Shown: positions 1 through 12,242 of the stretch, one piece after another | Position numbering within the stretch: position 1 is the first letter of the stretch | Layout: each line of letters begins with the position of its first letter | Source: Podarcis melisellensis | Lineage: Eukaryota | DNA: 64,000 nt | Assembly (NCBI GenBank): GCA_964234715.1 | Contig: OZ174284.1 | Reading direction: 5' to 3' (one strand) | The notes under the pieces: model-generated | Databases searched by the model: none | Seen by the model: only the letters and a program-made list of their open reading frames with translations | What the model was told of the DNA's origin: nothing | Translations under genes and position numbers: made by a program

Positions 1-419
1 GTGGAACAGGGTGGGATACTATTGATTTAATTACAGTTAATGCTGCAAAATCCAAATGTCAGTCCTTCCTTTATATACAGTACAATTTATTTTGACCCCT
101 AACACTATAGTGGTGAATTTTCAGGTTGCCCATTAAAACCTTAATTGAAAATATCTCATTAAATAGACAGGGATGTCCACAGACAGTTAACAATAAGCTA
201 TGGCTATTCTATTTTATTTTCTATACGTTTCCTCTGACCTATTGCTGCGGAAAAGAATGGTAATGTCAAACTACTGGCTCTGTATCAAATGCAAATATAT
301 GCAAAACAAGTTTTCAACTGGTGACTAAACACAATATTATTTTTCTTCTTACCAGACTACTATGATGTTGTGTTGTTGATCTCTATGAATGGGAGAGATC
401 GACATTCATTAAAAGTAAA

Positions 420-545
420 GGTAGTCATGTCAGTCCACAATAAACAATTAAAAATCCATATTGGGGCATTATTAGGCTAAGCCAAAAATGTCGCAAAATA
501 GCATGCAAGTTTTCGAGTTCTCCATAACTCTTCAGCAGGCTAGAT
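420..545 (-). mobile_element. Decayed Penelope-like element terminal fragment with degenerate hammerhead core
   Basis: Minus strand CTGcTGA-A-GAGTTaTGGAGAACTC-GAAA-aCTT has the same layout as the element at 50192-50440. Confidence 0.55.
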
Positions 546-570
546 GGTAACCAAAACAGGTGTTTGTGAG

Positions 571-636
571 GGACCACAGCTCAGTGGTAGAACATCTGCT
601 TTTGAACACAGAAGGTACCGTGTTCAACCTGTGGCT
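571..636 (+). mobile_element. tRNA(Ala)-like SINE head, decayed
   Basis: A-box AGCTCAGTGG and degenerate B-box GTTCAACC, in the context AGCTCAGTGGTAGAACATCTGCTTT...AGAAGGT. Confidence 0.55.
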
Positions 637-1621
637 GTAATAAAGAGAAACTGGGTAGTGTTTTTATTAACAAAACTAGGTATTAATTGTAGGTGGTGTC
701 CTAAATGATAGAAGCCAAACTGAGCAGATTTGCTTAGCGGTTGGAGTGAATGTTCCCTCAGAGAATAAAGTACATTTTAAGGTGGTATAACATCCTCTTT
801 CTCGAGTTTAGGATCCCACTGTTGGTCATCTATTTTGTTGAATTAATTCAGACACCATGTCTGAATTACTGGTTGCTGAATTATGGGCTGCTGGTTTGTT
901 TTGTTTTTTAAAAAAAGAATTTGTGGGAATCCTTATTTTTTGGAGGAATTAAAATTGCCAACCTGCCCAAGTTTTGATTTCAGTGTTTTTCCTTTAATTA
1001 AAAATCCACGTTCCCTCTGAAGTGTACTTATTTAGGCAGACTAGCTGTCCATCGCTTTTGGCTAGATTAGAGTACACAAATACACACACCCCGTTTTCTT
1101 ACGGGACTCATGCCGAGAAAGTGGGAATGGGGCCACGAGAAGGTTACTCACATAACTGCAGCTCAGCAAGACATTTGTGCGGAGCAATTGCCGTGTGGAG
1201 AATTTGGCACTTGTTTACATCCTTGCAGCGCATTAAACAATCCAATGTAGTACTGCACACAAAGGACTCCACAAGCTGAGAATCACTGCACAAATTGGGT
1301 TGAAACAACTGCCATGTCTAGCCTCCCCTCCTAAAAGCTGGGTTGCCTGTGTCAGAGGTGGATTTTGGTAATCTTTCATAATATGGCACCTTATGTAAGG
1401 CTCACATTTGGTGCGCCAAAGTGGATCTTTCTCAGTATGAATCTTCTCAATGTTGCACGCCTTCTGCGGATAAACCACCCACCCCAAACCCCACATTGGC
1501 TTTCCGGGCTGATTCACACAGTTGATTCTTGCATGCATATGAACTATCAATGTAATATGGAACCAAAAAAGCAGAAGTGCAGAAGTTGTATTAATTAGGT
1601 GGGATGTACCCGGTAAAATAT

Positions 1622-1986
1622 GGGGATGTGGGTGGCGCTGTGGGTTAAACTACAGAGCCTAGGACTTGCTGATCAGAAGGTTGGTGGTTCAAATCCCTGC
1701 GATGGGGTGAGCTCCTGTTGCTGGGTCCCTGCTCCTGCCAACCTAGCAGTTCAAAAGCACGTCAAAGTGCAAGTAGATAAATAGGTACCGCTCTGGTGGG
1801 AAGGTAAACGGGGTTTCTGTGCGCTGCTCTGGTTCGCCAGAAGTGGCTTAGTCATGCCAGCCACATGACCCGGAAGCTGTCTGTGGACACAAGCCGGCTT
1901 CCTCGGCCAATAAAGCAAGATGAGCGCTTGAACCCCAAAGTTGGTCACGACTGGACCTAATGGTCAGGGGTCCCTTTACCTTTACC
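1622..1986 (+). mobile_element. Sauria SINE, full length
   Basis: tRNA-like head with A/B boxes, body shared with the other copies in the window, (ACCTTT)n tail, TSD tacc(c/t)ggtaaaa. Confidence 0.92.
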
Positions 1987-2959
1987 TGGTAAAAACAGAG
2001 GAATCTGCACTCTCATACCATGTAAAAATCTGTTGAAGACATTGACACAATCTAGGAGACAAAGGCATAGGGAAGTGGAAGTGGGGGATAAAAACCAAAC
2101 TCTGTGTTTCCTTGGGTTTCCTAGACTGCTTTCTCTGATACTTGGCCAAAGGCCCTTTACCCTGCAGTCTTGATATTAATTACAATGAACATGTTACTCC
2201 GATTCCAGAGAGATGGCTCCAAGCATGTGCTTTTTGGAGTGCAGCCAAGATTTCTACTTACATTAATTGCAGTTGGGCGAAAGAGATCCAAAGGTCCTGT
2301 AAGCTGCAGTCCCGTGAGGCTTTTTCTACATTAGGATTTTCCTGCATGTTCAAATACATCTGGCCTCAACTCCTCTGTACTGGGAATACCTTGGGAACAT
2401 GTGTTACCCTGGTTCATCTTACTCCACTTCCAATAGTCACTTTTGCTGAGGGAGTATTGCCTTTCTGAAAGTTAGATGTAGTTGGAATTTCCGTGTGTAA
2501 AACAGAGCAATCTGTATTCCAGAAACAGCTGAAACACTTCTCCGGTCTTTAAAGGCGTAAGTAGCCATTAGAATAGCCATTAGAAAGGGAGCCAGGTGCT
2601 TTATATGATGTAGATTAAAACCTACAATTAAAACTAAAAGGCTGGAAAGAAAACTGGATTGGGGGAAAGACCAAAGCTATCAAAAGGAGATGTTTATTTA
2701 TGTGAATGTACAATTTATGACTGGAATTCTGGAGGGTGATTTTTTTAAAAAAAAAGATTGCAAATTGTTACTATGATTATTTCCATCATTTTTTGTATAA
2801 ATATATTTATTGCCAGCCAAATACCACTACAACCACCTGTTTAGTGAATATCATAAAATAGTCAACCATTTGGTTAGGACGATTAAAGTATATATAGCCA
2901 GCCTTTTAAGGCATAACACCCACAAGGACATGTACCCAATGAGATGCAAAACATTAAGC

Positions 2960-3043
2960 TATATTTTTATCCTGTATTTTTATCTTGTGAACTGCCCTGA
3001 GCTCTTTGGATGAAGGGTGATATATAAATTTAAAAATAAATAA
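2960..3043 (+). mobile_element. LINE (L2-type) 3' terminal fragment
   Basis: tgtgaactgccctgag...gaagggtgatatataaat followed by an (AAAT)n tail. Confidence 0.6.
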
Positions 3044-3129
3044 AGAAGATTTGAAGTGTCAAATCATAAGAATACACTATTGTAAGGCAGCTCAAAGTCT
3101 CAAGAAACACAGTTAAGGAAAAGCAACAT

Positions 3130-3770
3130 GGAACAGACACGTTTTTAAGACCCAGTTGAACCAGGTGGGGGGAGATGAGCAAGCACCGTCCAGAAAGGGA
3201 GTTCTATAACAACAGAGCCACCACCAAGAAGGATCTGTCTTTCATGCCACCAGCCTAATAGATTTTACTGACAGGCATACAAGCTGGACCTTCGTAGCTG
3301 TTCTTAATATATGGGCAGGATTATACAGGGATTGATGGTTCTTTAGTTATCCTGGCCCAAACCAATTTAGGAATTTAAGGGTTATTCACACTGTACTTTT
3401 AATTCTGCCTGGGAACATGCCACTAACGCATGCAACTGGTGCAAAATTGGTGCTATGAGTTCAGGGGAAACTCCCGCCGCCCCCGCCGCCCCATTGGCTC
3501 CCGTCAACATCTGGACACTAACATTTTGCACAAACTGGAGCTTTTGAACCCTCCTCAAAACCAGTCCTGTAAGAGTAGCTTACAGTAGTCATCTTTGAAA
3601 GTAACTCGTGTATGAATAACTGAAGCAGGTTTCCTGCTTGGCAGGGGGTTGGACTCGATGGCCCTTGTGGTCTCTTCCAACTCTATGATTCTATGATTCA
3701 CTGACACCGGTCACAGATGGCATATCAACCTAAGCAGGTAAACAGAGCTCTCTTTACCACTAATGCACTT
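3130..3770 (-). mobile_element. Old L2 LINE 3' fragment interrupted by a CR1 tip
   Basis: Collinear, decayed antisense similarity to the young L2 at 33007-33595 (for example gccaccaccaagaagg, tttaggaatttaagggt, tacagtagtc). Confidence 0.65.
3630..3699 (+). mobile_element. CR1 LINE 3' tip
   Basis: ggggttggactcgatggccc...ttccaactctatgattctatgattc, the CR1-type 8-mer tail. Confidence 0.85.
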
Positions 3771-4717
3771 ACATTAATTCATCATTTATATGTTGTGTTA
3801 AAATGGTACTCAGAAACTATATTGTTAAAGATTCTGTTGAGAACAGTATTGCATAAAAAGCGTGGGATAAGATTGAAGCTATGATCCTACATATGAAAGG
3901 AAGAGGTCTTGGAAATACCGCAGGGTAAATCGTTGCTATTTTGTTTCTTTCTTCCCTTTATTATTGTTGCTTGAAGCTATAGATATTTTAAAAAATAAAG
4001 GGAACTTAGGAAGCAGACAGCTGCAAATTCAAACCAGATTACACCTTAATGAGTACCATTCAGTTTGCAGCTGTGAAAGGGGATGAACAATCCAAACTCG
4101 CTACTTACTTCTAATTGCTTTTAAGAACTGTGGAAAGGAGTCTTGAAGGCCATGAAGCATAATTGTCATTGAATGATTTCTCTCTCCTTCTCTCATGTCA
4201 CTTGCAGCAGAGTTTTAATTATTTTCAAAGCTTTTAGCTGTACATGAAATAATTGCTCTTGGAAGAGCTGCAAAATATGCAATTCAAAACCTAGCTCCAT
4301 ATTTCCCAACCACAAGCAAAGTGACAGTAATGCTGGACGATAATATAGTCTATCTATGGGCATAGACTAAGCACAGTTGTGTTGACAATTCAGTTTTCAA
4401 AGGTCTAACCTTACAACTAGCTCACCGTTCCTCATACTTTTTAAATTCAGGGCTCTCCTAAAGTTACTATCGCCTGCCAATGCAACCACAACCATCAGGT
4501 ACAAGAACCTTGCATCTAACCACACTGCCTTCTGAAAGAAACTCCATGTGGTATTTCTTACCCTTTCCAGTAAGTAGCCTGCCCCATGAGAAATCAAACA
4601 CACGATCCAATCTTGTATAAAGGCAAGAGGAAAATGATAAGTAGGACTCCCTGACTGCCTGTATGAAAACGTTACCCTGTTCAGAGGTGAGACAAGTCCC
4701 TTTGCCACATGAAGGTA

Positions 4718-4959
4718 CAGTGGTCGCTCAGGTTAAGTACTTAATTCGTTCCGGAGGTCCGTTCTTAACCCGAAACTGCTCTTAACCTGAAGCACCACTT
4801 TAGCTAATGGGGCCTCCTGCTGCTGCCACGCCGCCGAAGCACGATTTCTGTTCTCATCCTGAAACAAAGTTCTTAACCTGAAGCACTATTTCTGTGTTAG
4901 TGGAGTCTGTAACCTGACGTGTATGTAACCTGAAGCGTATGTAACCCAAAGTACCACTG
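4718..4959. mobile_element. Tc1/mariner (Tigger-like) MITE
   Basis: TA|CAGTGGT...GTACCACTG|TA termini; near-identical to the copies at 5936, 9952 and 53984. Confidence 0.9.
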
Positions 4960-4986
4960 TATTGTTTGCAGTATTATAGCATGCAG

Positions 4987-5242
4987 CAGAGCCATAGCTA
5001 GGCGATCTTGCGCCTCTGGCAGAACCGTCCAGATTGCACCCCCTAGCCACAAATTAGCTCTTCCTTCTGCCTCTTGTCCAACATTCCCCTTCCCATTCAA
5101 TTCACCCTCTATTTAAAACCATTTCTTATGAGGCAATAATCAATATTTATATTTATGGACATATTTTTAGCTGATTTTGCACCCCTCCATCGCCTGTGCC
5201 TCTGGCTGGGGCCCACCTCACCACCCCCTAGCTATGGCCCTG
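4987..5242. mobile_element. hAT (Tip100-like) MITE
   Basis: TIRs CAGAGCCATAGCTAGG / CCTAGCTATGGCCCTG; perfect 8-bp TSD GCATGCAG. Confidence 0.85.
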
Positions 5243-5935
5243 GCATGCAGTAGGGCATTGTCTTTTCTGAGGCTCATAATGTCACATTACCTTGGCAACT
5301 ACACATTTACCTTCATAAGACAAGGAGATCAAAGGTAAAATGTACACGCTGAAGATGCAATGAAACCTCAAAATACATTTAGAAAGCCATCCACAACTTT
5401 AATGCCATCTTCAATACGGAGAAGCCAGTAGAAAAATGTTCACATGAAAATCTTGTTCAAATTGGATATTGCTGTGTGGCTAAGGCTCTCGGGCAGTTTT
5501 TCACCATTTTGCTCTTATTTTCATAGGGGAAAGAGCAAGATACACATTTATTTTAAATGAAAGCATATGTCTTACCAGTCTTCTGGCAGAACTTAAAGGT
5601 CATCCTACACCCTAGGGACCTTTTACATTCCTTAACTGCGAGTGAACAACTTCTTAAGTTTGCCTTTTGCTTCCCATAACAGTCCTGTGAAGCACATTTC
5701 GCACAATCTTTTTATGGAATCATTTGTAAATATGACAAATGCAACATTGTGCTAATGAGAAAGTAGGTGCTGCCACACGACCTTAAGGGGTCATCTGCAC
5801 AACAGCTTCTCAGATGACTTGGCTGAAATGAAGTTTGGTGCAATGTGGAGTTTGCACATTCACTGCTGCAATACCAATATCCATCTCATTCTTCCCGCTG
5901 TTTGGCATGTGAATAGGCATGTAATTGACATAACA

Positions 5936-6177
5936 CAGTGGTACCTCGGGTTACATACGCTTCAGGTTACATACGCTTCAGGTTACACACTCCGCTAACC
6001 CAGAAATAGTGCGTCAGGTTAAGAACTTTGCTTCAGGATGAGAACAGAAATCGTGCTCCGGCGGCGTGGCAGCAGCAGGAGGCCCCATTAGCTAAAGTGG
6101 TGCTTCAGGTTAAGAACAGTTTCAGGTTAAGAACGGACCTCCGGAACGAATTAAGTACTTAACCCGAGGTACCACTG
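5936..6177. mobile_element. Tc1/mariner MITE (inverted relative to 4718-4959)
   Basis: Perfect TIR CAGTGGTACCTCGGGTTA / TAACCCGAGGTACCACTG with 3' TA. Confidence 0.92.
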
Positions 6178-6794
6178 TACATGCAAAGGGACCAAATGGC
6201 TTGCTAAAGTGCATTTGTTGAATAAACTCATCAGAGACCTTAAAAACAGCATTGCAATTCCCCCCTCCCCTTTTACCAAAGTGTTTTTATTAGCTGTGTG
6301 ACAGCCAGAAATTAAGTAAGTGTAGTAGCTTCTGGCATGAAGATAAACATGTTGGAATGCAAGAACACAGAAAACTCAACAAAAATTGAAAGAAAAGTGA
6401 AGCGGGGGGGGGGGGATAAATGTTGGCTAAAGGGCAGTACTGGGAAGCTCAAAAACTTGTACTGAGTTTACATTTCCCAAAGATATCAAAGCCTCCAATT
6501 TTTAGCACAGTCAGAGCAATGAGACCTTGATCTAAACATTTCCAAGCAAACTTATCTTTGACTTTTTACTGTCGGGCCCAGAATAGAATCAGAAACATTT
6601 CTTGACTCTCTGCAAGTAATTTAGACTGTGGGAAATGCATGTTAGCTTGTCTTTCATAATACAATTAATGGTGTACAGTGCACTGCAGTATGATAAACCT
6701 TAGTTCAGGAAAGCAAGCACCGATCTATGCCCAAAAATGCACCGTAATTCAGAAGATTGCTTGGAAATTATTACATACTTCTTCTCATAAGTGT

Positions 6795-7200
6795 CTTTAT
6801 TTAAATATTTACAAACTGTAATATTTCATGGATACTGTAAGTATACAGGCTAAAAACAAAGTATTAACAATAAAAACATCGAACACACCAATAAGAGCTG
6901 GACGTCAAAAACCTCACATGTGAAAGGTTTGTGAATAATGTGACTTTTAGAAGATGCCTAAAACTAAGCAGCGTTTGCCACAGTAAACGCGCAATCCTTT
7001 GTAAAGTCCAGCTGAACCTTCAGGGGCATTTGGGACCACCAAAATTGCTCCATCCAAAGATCTTATCAACTAAGGGGTGGGGAGTGTAAGGATTCAGGCG
7101 GTCCTTAAGGTACTTGGAGTCCAAGTTGTTTAGGGAACTAACTTGAAAACCTCAGAGTTGGCCCAGAAACAGATTGGTAACCAATGCAGCCTCTCAGCAG
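6795..7200 (-). mobile_element. Old L2 fragment
   Basis: Decayed similarity to the L2 3' region (ggcggtccttaaggtacttgg...gttgtttaggg...ggcccagaaacagattggtaaccaatgcag). Confidence 0.55.
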
Positions 7201-9663
7201 TAGAGTGCAAGTAGCCCATGGTTTCTAGGGAGGCCCCCAAAGCTTTGGAGCTAGCTGTTTTCCCAACATTTATAGAATGGATTAGGGACTTGTTATCGGC
7301 AAAGGAAAAAGAAACCGTTCCAGAGTCACCATTCAGTCATCCAAGACGACTATGATGTATTCCTCCCACTGATTTACAGAACTGCTGTGTGATGATGACT
7401 AAGCAATTCCTTTTGCAATTCCCTTGGGTAATAAGGAGGTCACAATGTTTTGATGCTGGCTGAATGCATGCCAGGCGCTCGAGTGCTGAAAATTGCCATG
7501 CATGGACAGACAAGGCCTTGTTTCAAAACATACAGTATTTTCAGTGTCTTCCCCTCCCTCCTTACTGGAAATGAGCTAACTTGTGATGTGATGGCTCCTA
7601 GTCACATAATAACACATACTTTAGTGAACTACCAAATTCCCTCTTTTTATATGAGCATCATACTCAGCCTGGACCTTTGGAAATATGGCATCGAATTCTG
7701 GCTCAGTCATGAACCTGTTGGGTGGTCCTGTGCAATCGCTACCTCCCAGCTTCTATTACTCCTTTCTATAATGGAAATATTAAAAAGTCAACCTGAAAGC
7801 AAAGCTTATAGCCTGTGGCAAGCACAATTTTCTCCAAAAGGGCCATGCTGTGAAGGAGGAAAGGAACAGACGCTACAGATGAAGGTTGTCCTGTTGAGCA
7901 GAGTGTTATTGATGCACCTTGCATTCAAGTGAGTCATAAAGGGGGAAAACCCTTCTTGAAAAGATCCACTGTAATTATTAGGTTTTTGTCACCTAGCCTC
8001 TCTCTTAGGAGGCCTCTCTCTAATGAAAACCGATTATAGATTTTCTTTAAGAACAAGCTACCTTCTATGTCGTGACCTCAAAACGGTTGAATCAATGAAA
8101 ATGATATTCCACAGATGTAAGCTTTACAGCACTCTATTGATTATGTCCAGAAAATTTGTTTCCATCTTCCTTTGAAGATGTAGCCTTTTCATACCATATC
8201 AAGGGAACATTTCAATGAATATTTCTTTATTTGAAATGGAATGCATATTGAAAAATAAATCACATCTCTCAGAAATCATTTGCATCATATTTACACATAT
8301 TTTGTTTGATAACACTTGTTTCAGCTCACAATGTGCCAGAAAACATTTGGTACATCACTGCAGCTACTTTGCAAAAGCCAGTAATTGAAAACAATGAACT
8401 AAAAAAGAAAAGGGTGGGGAGTTTTTTTTACTTCCAAAATGTAACAGAAAAACCACAGGGGTGATTTCCATTCTTCTGAAAACTGAAAACAGGCTTCTCC
8501 TACTGAGAAACAAATGTCCAGTTTGCACGTCATTATAAAGTTTATAATGAATGTGGAGATTGCTCCAGCTTCACTCCTCCCCTAGGATGAGTAAACAAAC
8601 CATGACCCCTGACTTCATGATAAATCCAAGCCGGTGATTTTGTTTTGTTTTGCTCAAACAAACCACAATTAGTAAGCCAATACGAAATTGTAGTTTGTTT
8701 GGCATGAAAGAAACCCTGATCCCTAGTTCCAATGTAATTCTAAGTCAGGGACCTTGGTTGGTTGCTCCTGCTTTTGTTCAGGAATGAGCGAAGTACGAAA
8801 AACCTCTGCAGTTCATAGGTTTACCATGACACGGAAATTTGTTTGTTTTATTAAAGTTCTATCTTCATCTGAGAAGAATCACAGGTGGCCTACCTGTTAC
8901 TTTCCCCCCACACAAACACACCATTAATTTGCAACACTAATGTAAAACTTTTCACTGGGACCTTATTTGGAGATAGGCTGGTAGCAAAGCCACTGTAACA
9001 GGCTCCATTTGTGGAGTCTCTGCATCATGCAGAACATCACACAGAGGGAGGGGAAGCTCAAAAAAGCACATGTGCAAAACCATCCATTATTACTAAGTAA
9101 CTATACCCTGAATTTCCTTGGTAAAATTTGTCCTTTCCTCATGAAACTTGTAATATTATTGAGGTTCATTAATTAAAATGGGTGTGTTCTGAGTAAAGCA
9201 TAGTTGGAGACAACCCTAAAGTTGTTGCCCTCTGTCATAGTCTCAAACAGTCTAGGAATGACCTCTGTTTCATACACTGCAAAGACATTTCTTAGCAACA
9301 GAGACGCAGCGGAGCAATTCCTGTGGATATTTCTTCTAAGTCTTAAAGGTAATACAAAATAAAGCAATCCTAAAGAAGCACAAAGCCACAGCCAACTTGA
9401 TCATACAAGTCACATATTCTCAGTACAAAAAAAATGAACTTGGGATGGGAAGGAAGTTTGTCCTTAAGATACGCCCAACAGGAGGCCTCAAAAAGTGAAA
9501 ATGTTTATTCCTCATATCAGAGAATAAGCATGATTCCTTCACAGCTCATATTTTTCCTACAATTTGTTCCGAGGTGACTGGGGGTAATGTATGTGGGCCT
9601 TTAGCCTAGTCAGTCATGCATTAAAGACAGCAGCACCAGCTGAATCCACCATTACAAGGCTTA

Positions 9664-9846
9664 AAGGTAAAGGGACCCCTAACCGTTAGGTCCAGTCGCG
9701 GACAACTCTGGGGTTGCGGCGCTCATCTCGCTTTATTGGCCGAGAGAGCCAGCATACAGCTTCCAGGTCCTGTGGCCAGCATGACTAAGCCGCTTCTGGC
9801 GAACCAGAGCAGCGCACGGAAACGCCGTTTACCTTCCCGCCAGAGC
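9664..9846 (-). mobile_element. Sauria SINE, 5'-truncated
   Basis: 3' half with tail; perfect 12-bp TSD TTACAAGGCTTA (9652-9663 / 9847-9858). Confidence 0.92.
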
Positions 9847-9951
9847 TTACAAGGCTTAGCTAGCATCAAAGTTTTCCAATACATTGTGAAAAATAACCAA
9901 AGTTGGCATGACTGAAGACTTATGCCACCGTTTTTCAAAAAACACAGCACA

Positions 9952-10180
9952 CAGTGGTACCTTGGGTTACAAACGCCTCAGGTTACAAACACCTCGGGTT
10001 ACAGACTCCGCTAACCCTCAGGTTAAGAACTTTACCTCAGGATGAGAACAAAATTGTGTGGTGGCAGCATGGGGGCAGCAGGAGGCCCCATTAGCTAAAG
10101 TGGTACCTCAGGTTAAGAACGGTTTCAGGTTAAAAACGGACCTCTGGAACAAATTAAGTTCGTAACCAGAGGTACCACTG
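9952..10180. mobile_element. Tc1/mariner MITE
   Basis: CAGTGGTACCT...AGGTACCACTG|TA, same family as 5936-6177. Confidence 0.9.
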
Positions 10181-10469
10181 TATTGAGAAGTTATGACAAC
10201 ATCAGTTAACATCAGTTAACCTCAAGAAATTGAGCATGGAATTTAATATTTTGGTCCAATTCCCCATTCCATAACATTAAACAGTGGAAGTGGAGGTAGA
10301 CACGGAGAGAGTGGGATTTGGGTGGGAAAAGGAGATTGGCAAAACTAATCTTGTTAAGTCCTGTTTCTGAAACCACTGGTGTTTCTGGGTGATTTATTTT
10401 ACAAAATTTAAACACCATTTAGATAATGTTGAAGAAAGAAGCCATGAATACTGTCAACAGACATGAAGA

Positions 10470-10550
10470 TTAGATCCACTGAAATCAATAGACTTAAGCC
10501 TGTTGATTTCAGTAGGTCTACTCAGGGTATGACCAACACTGGGTATCACC
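10470..10550. repeat. Short palindromic MITE-like repeat
   Basis: ACTGAAATCAA (10478-10488) / TTGATTTCAGT (10503-10513); a related decayed copy lies near 26325-26420. Confidence 0.5.
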
Positions 10551-11149
10551 AAAGCCTAAGACAGACCATTCATAACTTGTCTGAATTAGTATGTATAGGC
10601 CTGCTTTCTTAACAGAGTGTGCTCTGCAGTACTAATCTGTTGTTAATGGGGGCAGAGTAAGTTCTCATTATTTGACTTAGACTAACTTGGAAATGCTAAA
10701 AGGAACCAAAAGGTACCCTTTATAAAGGGTTGGCTTTTGGGAAGCCTTTGGGCAAGGCATGCTTCATAAGGTCCCTCCCTGAATGACTTCAGTGGCTGTT
10801 GCTGCAATCTATTCACTTGCCCGATCCACATATCTACCTAGAGTGCTTGCATGCTCAGGTAAACAGGGCTTAACAGCGAAGAGGAGACCAGCCTTGGGTA
10901 CTCAGAGGAACGGATGCTTTCAGTATCAGCAGGTGCCCAACAATGTCTTCTCCTGATGCAGGACTGGTTAAGTTTGGATTTAAGTTCAACACATGCTTGA
11001 AAAACCCAAGGCCTTCCCTTATCCAATTAACTAGATTAGGTTCCTTGTAACTGAATGAACCAATTTTAAAATAACTTTTGAAAAGAAACAATGTTATTAG
11101 AAGCCTTACTTGTTCCATATTAAGACTGTAAATAGAAACAAACAACAAA

Positions 11150-12242
11150 AGCAGAATCTTTGCTTAGTTTTTTTTTTATATAAAATAAGTGCTGCTCCCT
11201 GACTGAAATGTCCGATGTTCTTAGAGGATATGGCAGGGGGCAATGGAAAATGTTGCGCTGAGGCTCATCTAGGGAACTCAATTACAGGAATTCTGGGAAA
11301 GTTCCTCAGTTAAACAGTAAGACATTTACTGGATGGGATGATTAGTGTAGCATTAAGAGGTTTTAGAATGATTTGAACAGAATCAAGTAACAGCTCTGAG
11401 AAACATTACAGACAGGGTCCCAAACTTAAACAAAGAAGTGCAATGAACAGTTCTCTGCATGGTTCTATTATCTGAATAAAAGAACATAGCATGATTGTAT
11501 TTTTAAATCGATTATCCTTGATCATGAAGTCAGATTTCCTTAGCCTCTTCACGAAGCAGGAATACATACAAGTGGCATACCCAAATGCATTTACTACTGA
11601 ATACAAAATATAATACTCTTCAAATGAACATATAATAAAAATTAAAGCAACCTAGAAATCAGGTTCCAAGTCATTGCTTTCCATATTCCAGGACATATTT
11701 CACACATTCGTTTCATAATAGTCTCTCACTTGTGGCAACGGAAAACGGATGTAAAAAGTGACATGGGTGGGACTAGTTGTAAAGTCCATATTCTGGTACA
11801 TCTCTTCATTTCTCCAACATCACCTTCTCTCCTCTGCCTTCCTCCTCCCTTCAAGTGTAGCAATATAGCCAATGCAAGTATACTCTCTGTGTGATTCCTT
11901 TCTAAATGGCCTACATTCAGAAATACCTTTCAAAAGTCTCCACTAATAAATTAACATAAAAAAGAAAACAGATCAGGGGGAGGTGTGTGGAATATGGCAG
12001 CAACAATCTTATATTTTTTGAGGCCCGGCAGGCCAAATAATCCTTTCAAATCTTCATAAGAAGTAGTCAAAGTTACAAGAGTTGAAACACTTCCCCGGAG
12101 TAATCATGGGCAGTATCAAAAGTGGAAAGACTCCAGCAGCAGAACTGATGCTCTCCCTTGTGTCTGCAGTCCCTTTGTTTGCCAAGGTTGTGATCGATGG
12201 AGAGGGTCCACCTCGCTTCCAGAAGCATTGCTTGAATTCCAT
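11150..12242 (-). other. PHLDA1: Probable PHLDA1 exon 2 / AU-rich 3' UTR (3' end not resolved)
   Basis: Repeat-free, U-rich on the minus strand, with ATTTA motifs and a miR-181 8mer site (TGAATGTA, 11912-11919). No unambiguous AATAAA close by. Confidence 0.55.

Noticed and set aside
7450-7932. 160-aa ORF and the other 60-150 aa ORFs in AT-rich DNA (for example 18025-18483)
   Set aside because: No recognisable domain, no splice context and random composition.
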